IMG/VR virus record: IMGVR_UViG_3300027770_000027
Location: 62,001-126,000 of that record
Direction: 5' to 3' (one strand)
Length of the DNA: 64,000 nucleotides
Positions 46,901-57,354 of the stretch are shown here, piece by piece. A model generated the notes under the pieces. It made no database searches. It was given only the letters and a program-made list of their open reading frames with translations, and was not told the DNA's origin. The number at the start of each line of letters is the position of its first letter. Position 1 is the first letter of the stretch. A program made the position numbers and the translations under genes.

Positions 46901-47755
46901 TTAATTGTTACCGATGAGAAGAGTTTTGCGAGGCCTGTCTTTCTTAGGAAAGAGAGCCCTTAAAGAAGAATCTAAATCTGTTCCTCCGTATGATAGGGCT
47001 TTATCAGCACCTGTCCAAAGTTCCTGATTGAACCTAGTATCGTCCTGGAATTGGGTAATTCCCTTGCCTAGAGAATTTCCACCACCACGAGACACATTTT
47101 CCTGAATGACGTTAAAGGTCTTCCATAAGTCATCTCCGGCGTCGAAATCACGGCGAGGTTTGAGAACTTCTTCAAAATCAAATTTCTTAGGCTGCATCAT
47201 GCGATAACGAAACCGAATGTAGTAGGCGTAACGAGCCAAAATTGTCTTTTCTTGTGGTGTCAAGATTCTATTCCTCATAGCATCAATTTTTGAAGTCATG
47301 GTAGAATAATCGGCAAAACTAGATTCCAACAAAGGAAGTAGGTCATCAAAATTACCTCCTTCTTTCTGACGATGTACCATCGGGCGAAGGTTGGAACAAA
47401 CTCCAGAAGGAGCAATGAGACCATTTTTGCAAACTAAACGAAAGAATCCCAAAGCCATAGAAAATTTCTTAGACAGGTTGTGACTATTTGAAATCAGTAC
47501 TTGAGGATATCCTTCAAGGGAAGAGATATCTTTATGCAACTGTGAAGTGTGGACTAGAGTCACTCGGTGTTGACCTGTGAGTCCTCCACGGTCCTGAGCT
47601 GCCTTATTAATTGCCCATCCATTTTCCAAGGCCTTGTCAATAATTTGACGAGTGGAGATGAAGGAGTAGCGAGCCGAAGCCTTTGCAGCTGGTGCGGTGG
47701 CGTTAATTGCAGGGCAACGGCTGATGGCTTGTTCGAGTGTCAGTGTTTCAATCAT
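46901..47755 (-). CDS. DUF932/DUF945 family protein
   Basis: Y.FIST, NSH, G.FRLVC.NGL, DLW.TFNVIQEN. Confidence 0.88.
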   Translation of the reverse strand: MIETLTLEQAISRCPAINATAPAAKASARYSFISTRQIIDKALENGWAINKAAQDRGGLTGQHRVTLVHTSQLHKDISSLEGYPQVLISNSHNLSKKFSMALGFFRLVCKNGLIAPSGVCSNLRPMVHRQKEGGNFDDLLPLLESSFADYSTMTSKIDAMRNRILTPQEKTILARYAYYIRFRYRMMQPKKFDFEEVLKPRRDFDAGDDLWKTFNVIQENVSRGGGNSLGKGITQFQDDTRFNQELWTGADKALSYGGTDLDSSLRALFPKKDRPRKTLLIGNN

Positions 47756-47976
47756 GTATCTATAGTAACCCCAGATGCGGGGAACCTCAACGGTAAAAAA
47801 ATGTGACAGATACTTTACGGTCGGATCTATTATTGACTCGATGGTCTAGATAAACAAACCCCTTACCCTCAATTTCATTACGATGTTGTTGAATTTGTCT
47901 ATTGACAGAAGTTTCTCTTTCTGCAAATCCCAAACCCGGAGCTATCGTAAGTGCTGTTGTGTATTCTAACATATAG

Positions 47977-48744
47977 TTATTTATTACCGAATCCAAAAGG
48001 GCAAGATGCTTTAGTCTTGGTTTCAACCTCTTTAAATTCTTTTGTACTTCTAAAGAATCTAGAGTATCTGTCAAAAAATACAGTATGAGCTTTATCCCAT
48101 GTTTTTTTCAAGATTCCTTCCTCATCCCACCCACAGGTAGCCGTAAAAGATTCTCTCTTAAAGGGAATAACCTGAATAATTGGAGTATCTTTTGGTATAA
48201 GACCACTAAATCCTTTACGCAGAAAGAATGGAAAATTTACAGGTGTGGGGTGTTTATCTGTATCTACCATCGCTGATAAACATCTAAATGGCAATTCCTC
48301 ATGATGTTGAGGATGGACAAACAAGCAAGACCATCCCGGTGGAGTTTTAACTATCCATTGATTAACCCATTTAAATACAGAAGGATAACATCCTAATGAT
48401 ACTGGATATGTTTGATGTTGATCTGGTTTCTGTAAAGTTACAATATCTCCTAGCTCCCACGACCACTTAAATGATAGGTTATTAGGACCATTATTATCTA
48501 CCCACACATCACTACACAGGGGAATATGATATCCGGCAGACATCATATCAACAACCGGCATACACTTTTTAATAGTACTAGTGGGATCACTAAACGAATC
48601 AACATCCTTTTCCCCGTTAACGTAGCGAGAAGTTTTTTTAAACCATTCCGGAAAAGCCTTAGATGCAAGATAAGGTTTTTCTACAATTTCTAAAATTTCT
48701 TTCGAGGTAGATATAAATTCAATATTGACTTTACGAGAAAACAT
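47977..48744 (-). CDS. DUF6065-like protein
   Basis: TIKKCMP..D....GY.IPL, KTPPGWS.LF.HP, TPIIQVIPFKRE. Confidence 0.75.
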   Translation of the reverse strand: MFSRKVNIEFISTSKEILEIVEKPYLASKAFPEWFKKTSRYVNGEKDVDSFSDPTSTIKKCMPVVDMMSAGYHIPLCSDVWVDNNGPNNLSFKWSWELGDIVTLQKPDQHQTYPVSLGCYPSVFKWVNQWIVKTPPGWSCLFVHPQHHEELPFRCLSAMVDTDKHPTPVNFPFFLRKGFSGLIPKDTPIIQVIPFKRESFTATCGWDEEGILKKTWDKAHTVFFDRYSRFFRSTKEFKEVETKTKASCPFGFGNK

Positions 48745-48811
48745 ACAGTTTATAATACTAGGATTTGTAAAAAAGTCTAGTAAAAATTGAATAATACCAT
48801 AAGTTTATTAT

Positions 48812-49087
48812 ATGGCGGATGAAGTAGTAATTATTACTGATTATGTAAAAGATGGCCAACCCATTAATGGTCGGTTTCCTATTACTGTAAAGGGATATCT
48901 CAACTGTCCATTAAAAGGACAATTAGAAACTGATCAAATTTTACTAAAGCAAAGACTTCACATTTTATCAGAAGAACCGGATGAAATTAATGAAATAGGG
49001 GATCATTATATGGTGTCAATTAAGGATAAAGACACCCAATATGTATCAGTTGATGGATCCGATGATGTGTATTTGTATCTTTCGTAA
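48812..49087 (+). CDS. hypothetical structural-region protein
   Basis: ORF track. Confidence 0.7.
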   Translation: MADEVVIITDYVKDGQPINGRFPITVKGYLNCPLKGQLETDQILLKQRLHILSEEPDEINEIGDHYMVSIKDKDTQYVSVDGSDDVYLYLS

Positions 49088-49099
49088 TAAATAATAAAT

Positions 49100-50800
49100 A
49101 TGGCCACTAAGAGTTTTTTAAATTTTACCACAAAAGGAGACATAGGAGTTCCTATAAAATCTTTAGATTATATAGTAGGATACCGACCTGCTTCATCGGG
49201 TGATGTAAACACTCCATATGAAATACAGTTTACTATTAAAAATTTAGTAACTTCTTTAGATGCTTACTTAGAAAATAAATCTATTAACGGCAATAAAATA
49301 TATTTTACTCCGTTTGGATTAGATATTCTTAGACTTGATGTTGTTGAAAAATTAAATGATGTGAGGGCAACTACAGACTACCTTTCTCCAGCAGCTGCTG
49401 GTATTGCTTGCAGAGGTAAACGATTGTTTGTAGCAAGAGAACTACAGGACCAAAAAATAACAACAGATGTAACTATTATAGTACCATCTACCGGTGCCAG
49501 TAATTTGGCTGAAGCTTTGTATAATATTGCTGGATGGCACATTGAAGCTGGCAACTCTGTAACTATAAGATTAACTCAAGACCAAGACATATCTAGTGCC
49601 TATAATTTAAACCATCCTCAAGGTTCTCAAATAAGAATAATAGGGGATAAAAATGGTGCGGGGGGAATGGTTAACATATCAACCAGTAATGCAGGAATAA
49701 CCTATAACGCATTTGAATGCACAAACGGTAACAAATGGGGTTTAATTGATAATGTTAATATTACTGGGTTTTCTGGTCAATACAGTGATGGCTGGTCTGT
49801 TAATAGATATGCCGCGATATATGCGTCTTACGGTTCTTATATAAATTTGGGATCAAATGTTCAAATTAGCTACTGGTATTATGGACTTAATGCTAGTTAT
49901 GGTTCAGTTATCAATGCTCCCAATGTGATTGTATCTTATTGTGGAGAAGCTGGTATATATGCCACTTGTGGTTCTCAAATTACTTCTACAAGAGCTTCTG
50001 TTAGTAGCTGTAGAATTTATGGATCAGATGTTGGTTACGGATATAAAGCAGAATACAATTCTCAAATAAATTGCAATTTATCTAAAGCAGAAAGTAATAA
50101 AGTTGCTGGGTATGCAGCATTTTCAAATTCACAAATTAAAGCAAATGGAGGGTATGCACGAGCTAATGGATATCTTACAGGAGATCCTTCCACCAACTCT
50201 GCGGGATTTATGGCTCGAGAAGGGGGTGAAATAGAATGTTATAATTATGTTAGTGGAAATACCACCACCAATACCAATTCAGACGGAAACAATGGTTTTG
50301 GATATGATATGTCTAGTGGGGGATATATTGCGGGGTCTCTTAATGCTTCTGGAAATCGAACCAGGGCTACAAATTTTAAAGTAACTGCTTCTTGGGCGGG
50401 TTCCTATCCAAATGATTACGCAAATGTTTCTGCAAGTGCTGGAAAATTAGTGGTTAGTACTAGTGACTCTAGTCCTGTTATCTTTAATACAAGCAATACT
50501 AGAACACAGGCAATTATTCAAGACAATGGGTATAATACTACTACCTATATTACAATGGCAGGTGGTGATTCTAGCACACATGTACCAACCATTTCTTCTG
50601 GTGGAGCTGGCACCAATATAAATTTAAACCTCAGATCTAAAGGATTTTCTTCTTTTGTTACATTAGGATCTGCTGTTCAATTTGGAGCATATTCAACAAC
50701 TAATTTAGCATTGTCAACTTTTCCCACTGGATATATTACTATAAGAGATAGTGTTAACAACTATGAATATAGATTACTTGCAGTGAGGGGTACAGTGTAA
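49100..50800 (+). CDS. tail fibre or spike with parallel beta-helix repeats
   Basis: G(I/Y)xA..xS.I repeats; TAAATA upstream. Confidence 0.75.
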   Translation: MATKSFLNFTTKGDIGVPIKSLDYIVGYRPASSGDVNTPYEIQFTIKNLVTSLDAYLENKSINGNKIYFTPFGLDILRLDVVEKLNDVRATTDYLSPAAAGIACRGKRLFVARELQDQKITTDVTIIVPSTGASNLAEALYNIAGWHIEAGNSVTIRLTQDQDISSAYNLNHPQGSQIRIIGDKNGAGGMVNISTSNAGITYNAFECTNGNKWGLIDNVNITGFSGQYSDGWSVNRYAAIYASYGSYINLGSNVQISYWYYGLNASYGSVINAPNVIVSYCGEAGIYATCGSQITSTRASVSSCRIYGSDVGYGYKAEYNSQINCNLSKAESNKVAGYAAFSNSQIKANGGYARANGYLTGDPSTNSAGFMAREGGEIECYNYVSGNTTTNTNSDGNNGFGYDMSSGGYIAGSLNASGNRTRATNFKVTASWAGSYPNDYANVSASAGKLVVSTSDSSPVIFNTSNTRTQAIIQDNGYNTTTYITMAGGDSSTHVPTISSGGAGTNINLNLRSKGFSSFVTLGSAVQFGAYSTTNLALSTFPTGYITIRDSVNNYEYRLLAVRGTV

Positions 50801-50811
50801 TATTTCTTTTT

Positions 50812-53800
50812 ATGTCTGTATCTTATAATACAAACTCACCATATTCTTATCTTGAATGGACAATGCGACAGAATTCTCTTGTTAAGGGATTTTCTGAAAC
50901 TGAATATTTAATATATTTAAAAAATTGGTATAAAGAAAAAAATATTACCTTACCAAAAACCTCTTTAGTAAAGGCAGAATATATACAAATGTTAAAGGAT
51001 CTTAATTACTTGTTTGGTCAAGTAGAATCTGATCCATTTATAAGTGATATAGATTATGATAATGATGAAGATCTTATATTAGCAATTCCCTTTTTTGCAA
51101 AAAAACTTAAAGACATCTCTAGAGTTCTTAACAATAAAAGAGATTCTATTAAAAAGGCAAAATCTAAATACAATTTAATAGGGTCTAATAAAGGTCTTCA
51201 AACTTTATTATATGAATATGTATTAAAAACTTTCACAAAAAAGGACGGCTATATTACACAAGTTCCGGCTCTTACTATTCAAAGTATTTTTCCAGAATTA
51301 TCTTCTATTAAAGATACTTTCTATTTAGAAATTGAAGAATTACATGACCCATCAAATTATCACGATTCTGATAATACCGTCAAAGTTTCTGAATATTTAG
51401 ACCCTTCTCAATTAACCGATTTATTTCCATTAATTGATCCAGAAAATCCAATATCAGAACAAGAAATTCTCAACATATTGTCTAGTAGATTTTTTCCAAA
51501 AGCTGCTAATTCTCCGTTATCTCAAGTTTTTAAAGATTATATTACGTTATCCACCCAATTTCCAGCACTGTCTGATGAAGCTGGTATGAAATTTAGTAAT
51601 CAAATAGCTATAAATCAAAAATATCTAGGAGAAACTGTATATGGATTGTCTGCCGTAAAAATAGAAGATATTCGTCAACCAGATTATTTGTTAGATTTAC
51701 ACTTTACTACTGGTAGTAATTGGTTTTTATGGCCTAGTGGTTATCAGGCGTTAAATGACAATGTATATAATAATGCATATTCTCCTATTTTGTTAATAGA
51801 TTCTAATCTAGAATATTCCGGTGCAACTGCCGGTACACATTACACAACATCTGATATTATTTTTACAGACAAAAACGGAATAGTAGAAGGAGCGTGGCTG
51901 CAAGGAGATTATACCATACCAGTGAAGGGTAATACTCTCATAACATTAAAATCTGGAGAAACTATGGAATTCTTATTTCCATTTGTAGGTTTTGACGTTT
52001 CTTCTCAAGGACTTGCTTTCGGCACTCATACATTAACAGAAAGAGATGTAAAGTTTTTTAGAAATTTAAGCACTCCACAGCAGGAAGAATTACTAAAAGC
52101 CTATTATACATATTTTACACCCAAATCTGCATCCGATCCCATATATTTAAATCAATCTACTTTGGTTCTCGATGGGGCGTATGCTGGTAAATTTCATGAT
52201 GAAGCTGATTCTATAACCAGAAGAACCCATGAACATTTATTATTTGATGTAAGACCAGATTCAAAATGGGGTGACACGGAACAAGCCTTTCTATTCAAAT
52301 TTGATCGCACAGATCTTCCCATCTCTCCAGGAGACACCAACATTTTATGGCCCGTCACAACCTTCGGAGCTGGAGATAATATACCAGTTTCTTTAAATAC
52401 AAAAACTAGTTTACCGGTACGTTTATCAAATCTCAAATCTTGTTATAGTTTTGATGGAGCAATTGCTGGTTTAAATTTTGCTACAGCAGATGTTATATAC
52501 AAAACATCCATAAGAGGACAGAAAAGTTCTGCCATAGAAGCTGCTTGGTTGGGTGCGGAATTATTGGATAATTTGAATCAAGGAGATTTAAACGTCTATG
52601 GAGATACTGTTGCTATACAATGTCCCCATTACGTAGAAGGTCCTATACAAGATTCTTTAAGTTTCTTGTGTGGTCCAGGAGAACGTGTATCATTTATATG
52701 GTGCGGTCCGGATACATTTGCTGACAATGTTTTTAAATACGTAGAACACACGGATGGTTGCGAATACGGCAAGACTTATCCTCATGATTATTATAACGAT
52801 CAAGATTATATCAATCCAACTCCTTTAAATGATCAAAGTTATTGGACAAAGTGTACGTGTAAAGCCGTAAAATATTCTCCCATTGGACACGCTGGAAATA
52901 TTGTGTCGGATTACAACGGGATTACAGATTATTTGTATGCAGATCCTTATGGCCTGGGTAATAAATTTACATTTAATAATTGGACAGATACTAGAAATTT
53001 TACAGTTAAAAATAGTCCACAATTTAGTTTTTTCCAATTAGATACAGTTAGAATAGGAGACCAAGAAGTAGGATATGGTCATGGGAGATGGAAGTCTTCA
53101 AATAGTACCCTGACTTCATTAGGAGATCGTATGGTATTGAAAACTGGAAAAAGATATACCTATTACAGAACCAATTTACGTAGAAATGAAACAAGCGGCA
53201 CCTATGATGGTACCACTCTCCAAGTTCCATCGCCTGGATTGGTTGTTAAACATATTTACAACACCTTAGACGGCGCTATGTGTGATGACGGTACCAATTA
53301 TGATATTATTATTTTAATGGATATAAGCCGGTCAATGACTTATGACTTTGATCAAATTAGAAACTCTGTTGCAACTATATGCGAGAAGGCTATTAAAGGT
53401 AAAACCAAGAAAACTCAAATAGGAGTGGTTACCTTTGGCACCAAGGCCTCTTACATTAATTATTTAACAACTGGAGCGTATGAACTAGCAATAGAAGTGC
53501 AGTCTATCCAACAACCAGTCACCTATGATAGTTATCAAACAGATATATATGCTGGATTAGTGATTGCCGATTCTATTCTCTCTTCTTCTATATACACCGG
53601 TTCCAAGTCTTTATTAGATCTAAGAACTTTGTGTTCTAATTTAAACGTAACAATACAAAATGAATCTAAGATTGTTAAAGATATTAATACACCTCGTATT
53701 AATGCTTTAAAGAAAATAGTGGTAATAAGTGATGGAGTCCATAACCTAGATATAGACAAAACCATACCATATGCCCAAACTTTAAAAAACAAAGGTATAG

Positions 53801-56016
53801 AAATTTCTACAATTGATATAGGACCTCTCAGTAAGACTAATGGAGTAATGGCAGAACTGGCTAGTACTCCGTCTCATTATTTTGACCTACAACAATTTTT
53901 AACGTCTGGGGATGGTGATTATGATACTTTTGTGTCTTATGTTTCTCGTAGGCTTAATGGATGTTTACCATACCAACCAGTATGGAGGAAGGCTATTAAA
54001 AACAATTTAGGACAATGGGAGGGTATAAATGAAATTTCTGACATGGCAGTGGGTCCTAGTGATCTTTTAATATACAGCCATCAAAAGGGAATTGTTTATA
54101 ACGATACCTTTGCAAATACTACATTCACCCAAACGGGTATATCTTTTACAATCAATGTAAAATTAGATGGCTGGGATTATGAAACTAATACTTTTTCAGA
54201 TCAGTTCATAGGTCCAGAATACGGGGCTAAACCTTTTTGGGGTAATGTTCCAGTTGCTCCTGTGAGTGTTGGAGGTGTTATAAAATTTGTAGATGATTAT
54301 GTTCCAGTTCATCAACCAGATATTTCTAAGATGGTGTTGAAGCATGTAGATTTTATACAGTATAATAGATTAGGAAAAGAGGATATGGTATGGAACCAGC
54401 CATTATCCTTTATGGTCTCTCTTAGCGGTCACGGATGGAGCAAGATAAATTTACATAAAACATATTCAAATTTAGCAGATTTTCTAAAATCTGGTAAGAT
54501 GGATATAATGATAGACGGTTCTACAGAACCGAGTGACATGTTGTTGGAGGGGTATTCTCAATATAAACCAGCTCGTTATCATTACATATCTCAGTCAGAT
54601 TTTCATTACACAGAAAATTTATATCTAAGAAACAAATGTTATAATTCATTTATGGTGTTAATGACTTCTACATTGTTGGCACCAGTGGAACCATATGCTA
54701 ATTTAAATAATAGGTTTGCTCCTACAGTTGCAACTGTTTCATTTCCTTCAATGGCTGTGACAGAAAAACAGACAGGTGGTTATTTATTACCAGAAAATCT
54801 AGGAGTCTCTACATATAGAGGAAGGGGTTATCACTATGAATTAGATACAAATTCTCTTTCTGCTATAGATTCTTTAAATCAGGAAAGGATATTTATAGAT
54901 CCTCAGAAGTACGGTATCAGATCCCGTGGTTTAACACATAAAGACAACCTGTCTCCTCATGTTCTGGCATCTATTGACAGCAAATGGGTCATGGAACCCT
55001 TTGGCACAGGAGATAAGGCCGGTGTTATGATTAATTCAAGAATTAATCAAAAATTTACACCATATCAAAGTTCTTATGAAACTCTAAATTGTAACTATGA
55101 TGGAGTATCAAGACAAGATGATGATTTTACTTTTTGGAAATTTGAAGGCAATAATATTAAATGGAATAATCCAAAAGATATAACAAATTTTAGAAAAGAA
55201 TATGCAGATGGTATTTATCAGGAAAGAATTGCTGGATTATTGACCAATAAGGGATCTATGGTTCAATGGAAAAAAGATATATTGGGTAATGATTATGCAT
55301 TATTTAAGCATATACCAGCAACTCCAGATGACATAGTTAGGACATTAAGATTGCCTCCAGAAATAACATATCAAAGTTCTGATAAAAGGATATATGTGAA
55401 TTCTTTCAATACCTTAAATGTAAGTGTATCTGGTACTGCTCCGTTTTCTTATCAATGGTATAAAGACAATAAATTAATTCGCTCGAAGGCCAGGGATGTG
55501 TATACCATTTACAGAGCAACTTTTGCAGATACTGGTACTTATAGATGTGTGGTTTCTAATGTAGTTGGAAAGGTTGCTAGCAAAGAAATATATGTAACAA
55601 TTACACCACCGCCAGAATTTAAATGGTTACTGCAACCAGTTTCTTATACAAAAGATCTAGAGGGATATGCAGTATTAAAAGCCGTTGCTGGCGGTACCGA
55701 AACTGGAGATATCACATATGAGTGGAAAAAATATGATACCTCAGAACATGCAGATCCTTTAGGCCAACCAACTAGCTTGTCTGGTACTAACAGTATTTAT
55801 TATGAAAAATATAATTTAGATCCAGAAGATCTTGGAGACTTTGTTTGTGTTGCTAGTTGTCAACTAGGTTCTTTGACTAGTAATAAAGTATCCCTACTGA
55901 CTGACGGGTATGTGTTATCACAAACATACCATGAATTCCTTAGAGGAGATGAAACTCCTACACTTGCAAATCCGGATCCAAAAATATGGATCAAATATAA
56001 TCCAGAAATTGTTTAA
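50812..56016 (+). CDS. large virion protein with a VWA domain and two C-terminal Ig-like domains
   Basis: DISRSM (MIDAS), ISDG; YQWYKD...D.GTYRCVVSN. Confidence 0.85.
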   Translation: MSVSYNTNSPYSYLEWTMRQNSLVKGFSETEYLIYLKNWYKEKNITLPKTSLVKAEYIQMLKDLNYLFGQVESDPFISDIDYDNDEDLILAIPFFAKKLKDISRVLNNKRDSIKKAKSKYNLIGSNKGLQTLLYEYVLKTFTKKDGYITQVPALTIQSIFPELSSIKDTFYLEIEELHDPSNYHDSDNTVKVSEYLDPSQLTDLFPLIDPENPISEQEILNILSSRFFPKAANSPLSQVFKDYITLSTQFPALSDEAGMKFSNQIAINQKYLGETVYGLSAVKIEDIRQPDYLLDLHFTTGSNWFLWPSGYQALNDNVYNNAYSPILLIDSNLEYSGATAGTHYTTSDIIFTDKNGIVEGAWLQGDYTIPVKGNTLITLKSGETMEFLFPFVGFDVSSQGLAFGTHTLTERDVKFFRNLSTPQQEELLKAYYTYFTPKSASDPIYLNQSTLVLDGAYAGKFHDEADSITRRTHEHLLFDVRPDSKWGDTEQAFLFKFDRTDLPISPGDTNILWPVTTFGAGDNIPVSLNTKTSLPVRLSNLKSCYSFDGAIAGLNFATADVIYKTSIRGQKSSAIEAAWLGAELLDNLNQGDLNVYGDTVAIQCPHYVEGPIQDSLSFLCGPGERVSFIWCGPDTFADNVFKYVEHTDGCEYGKTYPHDYYNDQDYINPTPLNDQSYWTKCTCKAVKYSPIGHAGNIVSDYNGITDYLYADPYGLGNKFTFNNWTDTRNFTVKNSPQFSFFQLDTVRIGDQEVGYGHGRWKSSNSTLTSLGDRMVLKTGKRYTYYRTNLRRNETSGTYDGTTLQVPSPGLVVKHIYNTLDGAMCDDGTNYDIIILMDISRSMTYDFDQIRNSVATICEKAIKGKTKKTQIGVVTFGTKASYINYLTTGAYELAIEVQSIQQPVTYDSYQTDIYAGLVIADSILSSSIYTGSKSLLDLRTLCSNLNVTIQNESKIVKDINTPRINALKKIVVISDGVHNLDIDKTIPYAQTLKNKGIEISTIDIGPLSKTNGVMAELASTPSHYFDLQQFLTSGDGDYDTFVSYVSRRLNGCLPYQPVWRKAIKNNLGQWEGINEISDMAVGPSDLLIYSHQKGIVYNDTFANTTFTQTGISFTINVKLDGWDYETNTFSDQFIGPEYGAKPFWGNVPVAPVSVGGVIKFVDDYVPVHQPDISKMVLKHVDFIQYNRLGKEDMVWNQPLSFMVSLSGHGWSKINLHKTYSNLADFLKSGKMDIMIDGSTEPSDMLLEGYSQYKPARYHYISQSDFHYTENLYLRNKCYNSFMVLMTSTLLAPVEPYANLNNRFAPTVATVSFPSMAVTEKQTGGYLLPENLGVSTYRGRGYHYELDTNSLSAIDSLNQERIFIDPQKYGIRSRGLTHKDNLSPHVLASIDSKWVMEPFGTGDKAGVMINSRINQKFTPYQSSYETLNCNYDGVSRQDDDFTFWKFEGNNIKWNNPKDITNFRKEYADGIYQERIAGLLTNKGSMVQWKKDILGNDYALFKHIPATPDDIVRTLRLPPEITYQSSDKRIYVNSFNTLNVSVSGTAPFSYQWYKDNKLIRSKARDVYTIYRATFADTGTYRCVVSNVVGKVASKEIYVTITPPPEFKWLLQPVSYTKDLEGYAVLKAVAGGTETGDITYEWKKYDTSEHADPLGQPTSLSGTNSIYYEKYNLDPEDLGDFVCVASCQLGSLTSNKVSLLTDGYVLSQTYHEFLRGDETPTLANPDPKIWIKYNPEIV

Positions 56017-56501
56017 TATTGATCTACCGTCTTAGGAACTTGAATCATTGATAGCAAGTAATTTGTTTTGTTTATACGAGATAAAATATCTTCTTTAGTG
56101 TTATTAAGTCCTGAAATCACAGATTTAATATAAACATCCAATTCTCTTGAATTTATTATTGCTACTATTTTTATGGCAGTTTCATTATATAAATCTAGAA
56201 GAGCTGCAGTGTCTGAAGGATACTGTTCTGTATCTTCTAAGTTAAAAATCTCTGGATGAAATCCGGGAAATAAAATTTTCTGAGATTTAGAAGTACCTAT
56301 AATTTCTTCTTGAAGTTTGTCGAATAAATCATCCAGGTCTGAATACAAACTACCCAAAATTTCATGTACATTAAAATCTGTAGAATACCAATGTATCATG
56401 TGTATAATTGATAAAGATTTAGATAAAATAATACCAAAATATTTGGTAGATTCTAGAGACATTTCCTCATTTGACTGGGTGCGGATAATTTCAATTTCCA
56501 T
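56013..56501 (-). CDS. Dps/ferritin-like protein (DUF5856-like)
   Basis: HW....F..H..LG.LY..L..L.D.L.E. Confidence 0.75.
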   Translation of the reverse strand: MEIEIIRTQSNEEMSLESTKYFGIILSKSLSIIHMIHWYSTDFNVHEILGSLYSDLDDLFDKLQEEIIGTSKSQKILFPGFHPEIFNLEDTEQYPSDTAALLDLYNETAIKIVAIINSRELDVYIKSVISGLNNTKEDILSRINKTNYLLSMIQVPKTVDQY

Positions 56502-56502
56502 A

Positions 56503-56991
56503 TTAAGGTTTTGATTTATAGATTAATGTTTTGATTAAAAGATTTTCAACTTTATTTTCACTGTCACTAATAATAAAATATTTATCCATATCATGGTTTG
56601 CTGGATATGTGGGAGGATCTATGGCGTTTGGATTTCTTTTATTTTCAACCCTCACAGATAATAAGCTTCCTTTCTCAGTATCTGCAGCAACGACATAACC
56701 ACCAGCTTCTAGTTCTTCGACCAAAGAATCCATCATTTCTTTATTGGTCTTGAAAAACAAACGCCAAAAACGAAACGGAAATAATATATTCAAGGCCTTT
56801 GATCTCTTGTCACAAGCGCCACAAGGTTTGTCTTTACCGGTAATTAATTTAGTTAGCCATCCGAGTGCCTTGGAATGAAGAATGCAAGCAATGATATCAC
56901 CCAAGCCAGCAGCGTATTTAAATTTTAAATTAGGATCTTTGAGGTTCTCCATAAGATTTTCTATATTTAATTCTTTTATCTCTTTTTTCAA
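56503..56991 (-). CDS. hypothetical protein (GLGD.I...CG.C..R...LN motif)
   Basis: Motif seen in phage tail regions. Confidence 0.75.
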   Translation of the reverse strand: MKKEIKELNIENLMENLKDPNLKFKYAAGLGDIIACILHSKALGWLTKLITGKDKPCGACDKRSKALNILFPFRFWRLFFKTNKEMMDSLVEELEAGGYVVAADTEKGSLLSVRVENKRNPNAIDPPTYPANHDMDKYFIISDSENKVENLLIKTLIYKSKP

Positions 56992-57346
56992 TGGCTGGTA
57001 AAATATATTCCGCCATATCCATAAAATGGGGGTCTTGTATTGTGGTGGGTTGGTGTTTAGATATTTGATATATCTGTTTTATAAGATAGGTTAATTGAAT
57101 TCCTAAAGGATATCGACGAGCCATTTCTTCAAATACTAATTTTTCTTCTGTATCTTCGCCTTCTGTCACTTTGTGAATATCCAGTACATTTTCCACCATT
57201 CTTCCGGAATCATAGTCTCCAACCCATTTCCAACGTAACAGGTCTCTTTGGTTTTCTGGAATTTCTCTAGTAAAGATTGTAGGATTTGGTTGTATGTCTG
57301 GGCTATAACCTATGAACTCTTTTGAGCTATTAAAAATAACAAACAT
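56930..57346 (-). CDS. putative tail-fibre chaperone
   Basis: Directly downstream of the fibre gene. Confidence 0.5.
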   Translation of the reverse strand: MFVIFNSSKEFIGYSPDIQPNPTIFTREIPENQRDLLRWKWVGDYDSGRMVENVLDIHKVTEGEDTEEKLVFEEMARRYPLGIQLTYLIKQIYQISKHQPTTIQDPHFMDMAEYILPAIEKRDKRIKYRKSYGEPQRS

Positions 57347-57354
57347 GTTTTATT

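Larger units (their letters stand above)
17..47790 (-). repeat. Dispersed family of about 40 promoter/start modules, consensus (TTGNGG)TTCCCC-N11-TAAGAT-TATTAC-ATGATG
   Basis: Seen on + as catcatgtaataatctta...ggggaa. Identical pairs at 2709-2749/2981-3021 (41 bp), 8335-8369/8899-8933 (35 bp) and 10264-10302/13874-13912 (39 bp). Confidence 0.95.
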
